From Tubiluchus corallicola (taxonomy: Eukaryota; Animalia; Priapulida), in contig JAQGDQ010000261.1 in the NCBI GenBank assembly GCA_030141605.1, positions 255,724 through 319,723 on the forward strand: a DNA stretch of 64,000 bases, in the 5' to 3' direction. Numbering within the stretch: the stretch's first letter is position 1; every line of letters starts with the position of its first letter. Both the position numbers and the translations under genes were made by a program. The notes beneath the pieces are model-generated. The model was not told the origin of the DNA and did no database searches. It saw only the letters and a list, made by a program, of their open reading frames with translations. Of this stretch, positions 53,376-64,000 are shown piece by piece.

Positions 53376-55413
53376 CAATATTCTACTGTACTCACGATAT
53401 TCTGTCATGCTCAATATTCTACTGCACTCACAATGTTCTAGTCCATGCTCAATATTCTACTGCACTCACAATATTCTGTCATGCTCAATATTCTACTGTA
53501 CTCACAATGTTCTAGTCCATGCTCAATATTCTACTGCACTCACAATATTCTGTCATGCTCAATATTCTACTGTGCTCACAATGTTCTAGTCCATGCTCAA
53601 TATTCTACTGCACTCACAATATTCTGTCATGCTCAATATTCTACTGTGCTCACAATATTCTGTCATGCTCAATATTCTACTGTGCTCACGATATTCTAGT
53701 CCATGCTCAATATTCTGCTGCACTCACAATATTCTGTCATGCTCAATATTCTACTGTGCTCACGATATTCTAGTTCATGCTCAATATTCTACTGTACTCA
53801 CGATATTCTAGTCCATGCTCAATATTCTAGTCCATGCTCAATATGCAACTGTACTCACAATATTCTAGTCCATGCTCAATATTCTACTGTGCTCACAATA
53901 TTCTAGTCCATGCTCAATATTCTACTGTGCTCACAATATTCTAGTCCGTGATCAATATTCTACTGTGCTCACAATGTTCTAGTCCGTGCTCAATATTCTA
54001 CTGCGCTCGCAATGTTCTAGTCCATGCTGAATATTCTACTGTGCTCACAATGTTCTAGTCCATGCTCAATATTCTACTGTGCTCACAATGTTCTAGTCCA
54101 TGCTCAATATTCTACTGTGCTCACAATGTTCTGTTTCATGTTCAATATTCTACTGTACTCACAATATTCTAGTCCATGCTCAATATTCTACTGTAACTCA
54201 CAATATTCTAGTCCATGCTCAATATGCTACTGTGCTCACAATGTTCTAGTCCATGCTCAATATTCTACTGTGCTCACAATGTTCTAGTCCATGCTCAATA
54301 TTCTACTGTGCACATAATATTCTAGTCCATGCTCAATATTCTACTGTGCTCACAATGTTCTAGTCCATGCTCAATATTCTACTGTGCACATAATATTCTA
54401 GTCCATGCTCAATATTCTACTGCACTCACAATATTCTAGTCCATGCTCAATATTCTACTGTACTCACAATGTTCTAGTCCATGCTCAATATTCTACTGTA
54501 CTCACGATATTCTGTTTCATGATCAATATTCTACTGTGCTCACAATGTTCTAGTCCGCGCTCAATATTCTATTCTGCGCACAATACTCTACTGCAATCAC
54601 AATATTCTCTTCTGCGCACAATACTCTACTGCAATCACAATATTCTATTCTGCACACAATACCTACTGCAATCACAATATTCTGTTCCATGGACCATGTA
54701 GAATGTTCTACTGCAATAACAATATTCTATTCTGTGCACAATACTCTACTGCAATCACAATATTCTCTTCTGCGCACAATACTCTACTGCAATCACAATA
54801 TTCTATTCTGCACACAATACTCTACTGCAATCACAATATTCTGTTCCATGGACCATGTAGAATGTTGTACTGCAATCACAATATTCTATTCTGTGCACAA
54901 TACTCTACTGCAATCACAATATTCTATTCTGTGCACAATACTCTACTGCAATCACAATATTCTATTCTGTGCACAATACTCTACTGCAATCACAATATTC
55001 TATTCTGCACACAATACTCTACTGCAATCACAATATTCTATTCTGTGCACAATACTCTACTGCAATCACAATATTCTATTCTGTGCACAATACTCTACTG
55101 CAATCACAATATTCTCTTCTGCGCACAATACTCTACTGCAATCACAATATTCTCTTCTGCGCGCAATACTCTACTGCAATCACAATATTCTCTTCTGCGC
55201 ACAATACTCTACTGCAATCACAATATTCTCTTCTGCGCATAATACTCTACTGCAATCACAATATTCTCTTCTGCGCACAATACTCTACTGCAATCACAAT
55301 ATTCTGTTCCATGGACCATGTACAACGTTCTACTGCAATCACAATATTCTGTTCCATGGACCATGTACAATATTCTACTGGATTCACAATATTCTGTTCT
55401 ACCCATAATATTC
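53376..55413. repeat. Two adjoining related 36-38-bp minisatellites built on caatattct
   Basis: ctcaatattctactgtgctcacaatgttctagtccatg up to about 54570, then cacaatactctactgcaatcacaatattctattctgtg. Confidence 0.94.
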
Positions 55414-55770
55414 TTTTCCACTGACTATATTGTTTTTTATACGCACATTATCCAGTTGCACACAGAATTATTGCATTACACGATTAATAAAATTTAGTCA
55501 TTTGTCCCATGAGATGCTAAATAAAAGACGTGAGCTTATTGCGTGGAACAATTAATCTATGCCTAACGAAACATATTAAAAACCTCACTGTTACCAAACA
55601 ATGATCTACATAAAACGCAAGCGCAAAGAACATTACAATTTGTGCTCAAGATGAAGAATCACATCTATCCTATCCATACATGAAACAGTTTATAATTTAT
55701 ATGTGTAATAGAACATGATAAAAAATGTTATACAGTGCAATAATCTGTTCCATGTTACAATTTTATAATA

Positions 55771-56273
55771 ATCCTTTTCACAGTTCCAGGGCTTGATGAT
55801 GATCGTGAAAAGGTCAAAAGTTAAGTGTACCAGACAACTCATTTGTGTACACTTGACAACACCTGGCAGCCCATGCTATTGTAATGGTAACAGTTTTAAC
55901 AACTAGCTAAAACCTTACCTAGTTCATTTTTTCTTGTTCTCAGGTAAGATCCTGCTAGTAAATCACTCCACTCTATTTATAGACTAGTGCATAATTAAGT
56001 AAAGTCCACGTAAAACAACTATCCTGTTACTGAACTGAAGCGGCAGACGGCTTTGCTTTACCCACACATGTGACGGTTGTAGTTAAAGCATTTGTAGATT
56101 TAACTTGCTTGATCTTGCTTAAGAACAAGAAAAAATGAAGTAGGTAAGGTTCTAGCTACTACAACAGCTTGGACTGCAAGGCGTTGTCAAGTGTACACAA
56201 ATGCGTTGTCTGGTGCACTTAACCTTTGACCTACAGCAACTGCACGTGCCCACAACGAAACTGTGAAAAGGCT
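55771..56273 (+). mobile_element. MITE-like family A copy, internally rearranged
   Basis: TIR ccttttcacagtt / aactgtgaaaagg; 56100-56230 is an inverted repeat of part of 55810-55950. Confidence 0.75.
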
Positions 56274-56284
56274 TATTATTCATG

Positions 56285-56804
56285 CAGGAATGAGAATTTT
56301 CGGCAGATATGCGGAATTTCGAGTTTTTGGAAGACCAGTAGTGCCATTTTTGTAAATCGCGTAAATTCGTTGAGAAAATGTTTACGGACCCAATACATTA
56401 TATCACAAGCTGACCGCTAGTTGGCGGGCCAGCACTTTGTTTACATCACGTACATCAGTGTAACCACATGTATATCTCTATGTATAAAAATATAGAATCA
56501 ATTGTGCGGAGTTGTTTGAGTCAATTGCAGACAGTTTTTATATACTTTTGCATAGGAGCGGCCAGTACTTAGGCATTTTTGAGACAATTAGGTATCATGT
56601 ATCCTTGATAGTTGGATATTTGAAATTATGCATGAAACAAGGTAACTGATATTTTAAGTCCACTTAGAGGTTCTCTACGGTCACAAAATTGCAATTTGTT
56701 GCTGGCTTCAAGGGGGTTTCCCTTGAACCCCATTGAGGGCCTAGGCGGCTCCCAACCCCCCGGCCTGTTTCAGAGTTTTTTGCAATTTGTCATTCTCATC
56801 CCTG
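56285..56804 (+). mobile_element. hAT MITE family B copy (mirrored at 63639-64000)
   Basis: Co-linear homology to 27400-27913 with the same TIRs; partial TSD ttcatg. Confidence 0.88.
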
Positions 56805-56842
56805 TTCATGGCAGCAATTTTTGTTAACTAAAACATGTTTAC

Positions 56843-57662
56843 CTTGATACAGCAATCTCAGCCTTCTGCTTGGCGACCTGAGAACCCCTGACCGCAGCTT
56901 GGACAGCGGAGTCTATCCTCTCCCGGAGTTTACTCTGTCTTAGAAGAAACAATTTGTTCTTCTTTCCTGAAGCTATAAGCACATTGTTTTTATACTTCCC
57001 CTCCTCCTTCGTACCGTCCTTGAACGTAGTCACACCGTAGCCGTATTTTTTATTATTGTACCATTCACCTTCGTACTTCAAACCGTCGGAACGTTCCGAG
57101 ATGCCGAATCCGGATCGCTTATCGTTCTTCCACTCGCCCGTGTAGGTTTCGGTAACGTTAGTTTCGGTAATATCATCCTGGCTTACAAAACTCAAGTTAC
57201 TGTCCATGTATTCGGTTGCACTAGTTAAACCCGATTGCGAAGAAGCCGTAGATATGCCACTAATTGCACTGTGGTTGCTACGTATAGATCCTGAAACGCT
57301 AGAGGCGCCACTGCGCTTGTTAATGTCTCCCGTACTCCTCTGCTTCTTTATGCGTAGTCCTTGCATTATGGAACGCTTAAGGGTGACCTTCTTTTGCTGA
57401 AAGATGGAGGCTTTTCTAGCGAAGGCCGAGGGTTCATCACTTCTTGCTTTGAGCACGAATCCGCCCCTGGCTTCGTCTAATTTCTTATCACGTTCGTGAC
57501 CAAGGTCGTCGGTTTCACCTGAACGAAGCGATGACATGGACGCTCGCAAGTTGACAGCCGCTGCCGTCTTGGGGCGGTAGTGGGACGCAAGACCGTACGG
57601 CACGCTTTGGCGGACGCCGTATCCGTGACGCATGCCGCGAAGCCACTGACCTTGATATGTAC
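56843..57662 (-). CDS. JPH: Junctophilin internal exon (MORN repeat, joining region, last two MORN repeats, start of alpha-helical domain)
   Basis: Acceptor tctctttcag|GT, donor TCAAG|gtaaac, 820 bp, phase 1 to 2. Translation (G)TYQGQWLRGMRHGYGVRQSVPYG...ETYTGEWKNDKRSGFGISERSDGLKYEGEWYNNKKYGYGVTTFKDGTKEEGKYKNN...AKQKAEIAVSR is characteristic of junctophilin. Confidence 0.96.
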
Positions 57663-58687
57663 CTGAAAGAGAAAAGCAGAATGAAAATGAAGCGAAGGAG
57701 AATTAAGACTTTATAGTCCCTGCATAGCGAGTTCGATGTGTATAAACTTTGCAGACTCGGTTCACACTTTCCACATGATGTTAAGAAAATGATACGGTGC
57801 ACAAAAATGATTAACAAAATCAGACCTTTAAGTATAAACGAATTTACATATTTAAAAAATATTCACACAAATTCCACAACTTTTGACCCTTTAGGTTACC
57901 GTAAAATACAAATTATGACTGACTAGTTTCGTGCTACTAAATCACTGTACACACAGACTAATTCATAATTACGTAAAGTCCAGGTAGAACAACTGAAGTT
58001 ACGGAACTGATGCGCCAGACGGCTTTCCTCACATGTCCCGTGACGGTTGTAGCTAAGACGCGTTGCTGTGATACACTTAACCTTTGACCTATAGCAACTG
58101 CGCGTGCGCATAACGAAACTATGAAAAGGCTTCTTATGCAATAACTTAACTGGTAGTTAAATGAGTGGAGTGGTAAAATTATTAATGGAAAGTGTATTAT
58201 CGAAAAATTCTAAGTTTTAGCATAAAGAAACACAACTTTGCTGACATTCGGGACTAGCACACAAGATATTATCTCTGCTGAAAGTCCTAGGCATAATAAA
58301 TTTATCAAAACCATTCTTCATGAAGACTGCAGTTCGTCGTTTGTGTTAGTTCATGACTTCACACTATACGGTTGTGGGCTTGAATACACGAACACAGTTC
58401 AATCTTCAACGTCGATACAACTCCGATACACCAACTTAAACGGTGTATCTGTATAATTATACAGATATAAGGATAACCTCTATGCACAGTTATGTACTAC
58501 ATAAGTACTTTAGAGGACCTATATAAGGATAACCTCTATGCACAGTTATGTACTACATAAGTACTTCAGAGGACCTATATATGGATAACCTCTATACACA
58601 GTTATGTACTATATAAGTACTTTAGAGGACCTATGTAAGGACAACCTCTATGCACGTCTATGCACAGTCTGTATAATTATACAGATA

Positions 58688-59192
58688 CAACAGTGTTGCC
58701 TCACAAACGCACTGTACACAACAGTGTTGCCTCACAAACGCGCTGTATACAACAGTGTTGCCTCACAAATGCACTGTATACAACAGTGTTGCCTCACAAA
58801 TGCACTGTACATAACAGTGTTGCCTCACAAATGCACTGTACATAACAGTGTTGCCTCACAAATGCACTGCACACAACAGTGTTGCCTCACAAACGCACTG
58901 TACACAATAGTGTTGCCCCACAAATGCGCTGTACACAGCAGTGTTGCCTCATAAATGCACTGTACACAACAGCGTTGCCTCACAAACACACTGTACATAA
59001 CAGTGTTGCCTCACAAATGCGCTGTACACAACAGTGATGCCTCACAAACACACTGTACATAACAGTGTTGCCTCACAAACACACTGTACATAACAGTGTT
59101 GCCTCACAAACACACTGTACATAACAGTGTTGCCTCACAAACACACTGTACATAACAGTGTTGCCTCACAAATGCGCTGTATACAACAGTGC
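58688..59192. repeat. 31-bp tandem repeat, about 16 copies
   Basis: cagtgttgcctcacaaatgcactgtacacaa. Confidence 0.95.
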
Positions 59193-59304
59193 TAGCAGAG
59201 GTTCATTAGCTGTGTAATTGCTTAAATGCATATGATATTACAGAATTGTAGGCAGGGGCTAGATCCCTGGGAAAAACATGTCTGGTGCATAAAATGTTAG
59301 GATC

Positions 59305-61975
59305 ATCCATGTATAGGTCCTCTGAAGTACTTATATTGTACATAATTGTGCATAGAGGTTATGCTTATATAGTTCCTCTAAAGTACTTATATTGTACATA
59401 ACTGTGCATAGAGGTTATCCATATATAGGTCCTCTAAAGTACTTATATAGTACATAACTGTGCATAGAGGTTATCCATATATAGTTCCTCTAAAGTACTT
59501 ATATAATACATAATTGTGCATAGAGGTTAACCTTATATAGGTCCTCTAAAGTACTTATATAGTACATAACTGTGCATAGAGGTTATCCTTATATAGGTCC
59601 TCTAAAGTACTTATATAGTACATAACTGTGCATAGAGGTTATCCATATATAGTTCCTCTAAAGTACTTATATAGTACATAACTGTGTATAGAGGTTATCC
59701 ATATATAGGTCCTACAAAGTACTTATATAGTACTTAACTGTACATAGAGGTTATCCATATATAGGTCCTCTGAAGTACTTATGTAGTACATAACTGTGCA
59801 TAGACGTGCATAGAGGTTATCCTTACATAGGTCCTCTAAAGTACTTATATAGTACATAACTGTGCATAGAGGTTATCCATATATAGTTCCTCTAAAGTAC
59901 TTATATAATACATAATTGTGCATAGAGGTTATCCATATATAGGTCCTCTGAAGTACTTGTATAGTACATAACTGTGCATAGAGGTTATCCATATATAGTT
60001 CCTCTAAAGTACTTATATAGTACATAACTGTGCATAGAGGTTATCCATATATAGTTCCTCTGAAGTACTTATATGGTACATAACTGTGCATAGACGTGCA
60101 TAGAGGTTATCCATATATAGGTCCCCTGAAGTACTTATATAGTACATAACTGTGCATAGACGTGCATAGAGGTTATCCATATATAGGTCCTCTGAAGTAC
60201 TTATATAGTACATAACTGTGCATAGACGTGCATAGAGGTTATCCTTACATAGGTCCTCTAAAGTACTTATATAGTACGTAACTGTGCATAGAGGTTATCC
60301 TTATATAGGTCCTCTAAAGTACTTATATAATACATAATTGTGCATAGAGGTTATCCATATATAGGTCCTCTGAAGTACTTATATAGTACATAACTGTGCA
60401 TAGAGGTTATCCATATATAGGTCCTCTGAAGTACTTATGTAGTACATAACTGTGCATAGACGTGCATAGAGGTTGTCCTTACATAGGTCCTCTAAAGTAC
60501 TTATATAGTACATAACTGTGTATAGAGGTTATCCATATATAGGTCCTCTGAAGTACTTATGTAGTACATAACTGTGCATAGAGGTTATCCTTATATAGGT
60601 CCTCTAAAGTACTTATATAGTACGTAACTGTGCATAGAGGTTATCCTTATATAGGTCCTCTAAAGTACTTATATAGTACATAACTGTGCATAGAGGTTGT
60701 CCTTATATAGGTCCTCTAAAGTACTTATGTAGTACTTAACTGTGCATAGAGGTTATCCTTATATAGGTCCTCTAAAATACTTATGTAGTACATAACTGTG
60801 CATAGAGGTTATCCTTATATAGGTCCTCTAAAGTACTTATATAGTACGTAACTGTGCATAGAGGTTATGCTTATATAGTTCCTCTAAAGTACTTATATAG
60901 TACGTAACTGTGCATAGAGGTTATGCTTATATATACGTCCTCTAAAGTACTTATATAGTACGTAACTGTGCATAGAGTTTATCCATATATACGTCCTCTA
61001 AAGTACTTATACAGTACGTAACTGTGCATAGAGGTTATCCATATATAGTTCCTCTAAAGTACTTATATAATACATAATTGTGCATAGAGGTTATCCATAT
61101 ATAGGTCCTCTGAAGTACTTGTATAGTACATAACTGTGCATAGACGTGCATAGAGGTTGTCCTTACATAGGTCCTCTAAAGTACTTATGTAGTACATAAC
61201 TGTGTATAGAGGTTATCCATATATAGGTCCTCTGAAGTACTTATATAGTACATAACTGTGCATAGACGTGCATAGAGGTTGTCCTTACATAGGTCCTCTA
61301 AAGTACTTATATAGTACATAACTGTGTATAGAGGTTATCCATATATAGGTCCTCTAAAGTACTTATATAGTACATAACTGTGCATAGAGGTTGTCCTTAT
61401 ATAGGTCCTCTAAAGTACTTATATAGTACATAACTGTGCATAGAGGTTGTCCTTATATAGGTCCTCTAAAGTACTTATATAGTACATAACTGTGCATAGA
61501 GGTTGTCCTTATATAGGTCCTCTAAAGTACTTATATAGTACATAACTGTGCATAGAGGTTATGCTTATATAGGTCCTCTAAAGTACTTATATAGTACATA
61601 ACTGTGCAGAGAGGTTATCCTTATATAGGTCCTCTGAAGTACTTATATAGTACGTAACTGTGCATAGAGGTTATGCTTATATAGGTCCTCTAAAGTACTT
61701 ATATAGTACGTAACTGTGCATAGAGGTTATGCTTATATAGGTCCTCTAAAGTACTTATATAGTACATAACTGTGCATAGAGTTTATCCATATATAGGTCC
61801 TCTAAAGTACTTATATAGTACGTAACTGTGCATAGAGGTTATCCATATATAGTTCCTCTAAAGTACTTATATAATACATAATTGTGCATAGAGGTTATCC
61901 ATATATAGGTCCTCTGAAGTACTTGTATAGTACATAACTGTGCATAGACGTGCATAGAGAGGTTATCCTTTTATA
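59305..61975. repeat. 56-bp satellite with 66-bp variants; a short block in opposite orientation lies at 58467-58667
   Basis: gtacttatatagtacataactgtgcatagaggttatccatatataggtcctctaaa. Confidence 0.96.
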
Positions 61976-62780
61976 TCTGTATAGAGCCCGCGCGTATACA
62001 CCGTTTAAGTTGCGTATCGAGTTGTAATCGACGTTGAAGATTGAACTGTGTTCGTGTATTCAAGCCCACAACCGTATAGTGTGAAGTCATGAACTAACAC
62101 AAACGACGAACTGCAGTCTTCATGAAGAATGGTTTTGATAAATTTATTATGCCTAGGACTTTCAGCAGAGATAATATCTTGTGTGCTAGTCCCGAATGTC
62201 AGCAAAGTTGTGTTTCTTTATGCTAAAACTTAGAATTTTTCGATATTACACTTTCCATTAATAATTTTACCACTCCAGTCATTTAACTACCAGTTAAGTT
62301 ATTGCATAAGAAGCCTTTTCATAGTTTCGTTATGCGCACGCGCAGTTGCTATAGGTCAAAGGTTAAGTGTATCACAGCAACGCGTCTTAGCTACAACCGT
62401 CACGGGACATGTGAGGAAAGCCGTCTGGCGCATCAGTTCCGTAACTTCAGTTGTTCTACCTGGACTTTACGTAATTATGAATTAGTCTGTGTGTACAGTG
62501 ATTTAGTAGCACGAAACTAGTCAGTCATAATTTGTATTTTACGGTAACCTAAAGGGTCAAAAGTTGTGGAATTTGTGTGAATATTTTTTAAATATGTAAA
62601 TTCGTTTATACTTAAAGGTCTGATTTTGTTAATCATTTTTGTGCACCGTATCATTTTCTTAACATCATGTGGAAAGTGTGAACCGAGTCTGCAAAGTTTA
62701 TACACATCGAACTCGCTATGCAGGGACTATAAAGTCTTAATTCTCCTTCGCTTCATTTTCATTCTGCTTTTCTCTTTCAG

Positions 62781-63600
62781 GTACATATCAAGGTCAGTGG
62801 CTTCGCGGCATGCGTCACGGATACGGCGTCCGCCAAAGCGTGCCGTACGGTCTTGCGTCCCACTACCGCCCCAAGACGGCAGCGGCTGTCAACTTGCGAG
62901 CGTCCATGTCATCGCTTCGTTCAGGTGAAACGGACGACTTGGGTCACGAACGTGATAAGAAACTAGACGAAGCCAGGGGCGGATTCGTGCTCAAAGCAAG
63001 AAGTGATGAACCCTCGGCCTTCGCTAGAAAAGCCTCCATCTTTCAGCAAAAGAAGGTCACCCTTAAGCGTTCCATAATGCAAGGACTACGCATAAAGAAG
63101 CAGAGGAGTACGGGAGACATTAACAAGCGCAGTGGCGCCTCTAGCGTTTCAGGATCTATACGTAGCAACCACAGTGCAATTAGTGGCATATCTACGGCTT
63201 CTTCGCAATCGGGTTTAACTAGTGCAACCGAATACATGGACAGTAACTTGAGTTTTGTAAGCCAGGATGATATTACTGAAACTAACGTTACCGAAACCTA
63301 CACGGGCGAGTGGAAGAACGATAAGCGATCCGGATTCGGCATCTCGGAACGTTCCGACGGTTTGAAGTACGAAGGTGAATGGTACAATAATAAAAAATAC
63401 GGCTACGGTGTGACTACGTTCAAGGACGGTACGAAGGAGGAGGGGAAGTATAAAAACAATGTGCTTATAGCTTCAGGAAAGAAGAACAAATTGTTTCTTC
63501 TAAGACAGAGTAAACTCCGGGAGAGGATAGACTCCGCTGTCCAAGCTGCGGTCAGGGGTTCTCAGGTCGCCAAGCAGAAGGCTGAGATTGCTGTATCAAG
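62781..63600 (+). CDS. JPH: Inverted second copy of the junctophilin MORN exon (duplicate or second haplotype)
   Basis: Same 820-bp exon, same splice sites, identical protein; the nucleotide differences I spotted are synonymous (ACC/ACG, CTT/TTG, TTA/CTA). Confidence 0.85.
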
Positions 63601-64000
63601 GTAAACATGTTTTAGTTAACAAAAATTGCTGCCATGAACAGGGATGAGAATGACAAATTGCAAAAAACTCTGAAACAGGCCGGGGGGTTGGGAGCCGCCT
63701 AGGCCCTCAATGGGGTTCAAGGGAAACCCCCTTGAAGCCAGCAACAAATTGCAATTTTGTGACCGTAGAGAACCTCTAAGTGGACTTAAAATATCAGTTA
63801 CCTTGTTTCATGCATAATTTCAAATATCCAACTATCAAGGATACATGATACCTAATTGTCTCAAAAATGCCTAAGTACTGGCCGCTCCTATGCAAAAGTA
63901 TATAAAAACTGTCTGCAATTGACTCAAACAACTCCGCACAATTGATTCTATATTTTTATACATAGAGATATACATGTGGTTACACTGATGTACGTGATGT

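Larger units (their letters stand above)
56443..64000. repeat. Large inverted duplication: arms about 56443-58466 and 61970-64000, running off the window edge, with a ~3.5-kb satellite-rich spacer
   Basis: Mirror coordinates sum to 120443 (56843+63600, 57662+62781, 56804+63639); the ORF track is mirrored on opposite strands. Confidence 0.97.

Noticed and set aside
53294-55424. Many overlapping ORFs
   Set aside because: Minisatellite translations in all frames.

Overview
AT-rich invertebrate animal genomic DNA; about a third of it (rough sum of arrays, ~21 kb) is locus-specific tandem repeat. The main gene is a minus-strand junctophilin, for which I could splice four coding exons in frame (57662-56843, 49421-49303, 38056-36693, 35721-35635, ending in the C-terminal membrane anchor). 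The first MORN exon is not in the window. A near-identical inverted copy of the MORN exon and its flanks (62781-63600, + strand) makes the right end of the window a large fold-back around a satellite spacer. One junctophilin intron holds a 44-bp satellite that starts at the splice donor and repeats it. Inserted in that satellite is a Gmr1-type Ty3/gypsy LTR retrotransposon (integrase before RT, tRNA-Pro-like PBS, one frameshift, truncated 3' LTR). The rest is MITEs (hAT-like, TTAA/Kolobok-like), a tRNA-derived SINE, a probable last exon of a single-pass membrane protein at 2.7-3.0 kb, and weak exon-like or hammerhead-like signals. Family assignments come from remembered motifs, not database searches.
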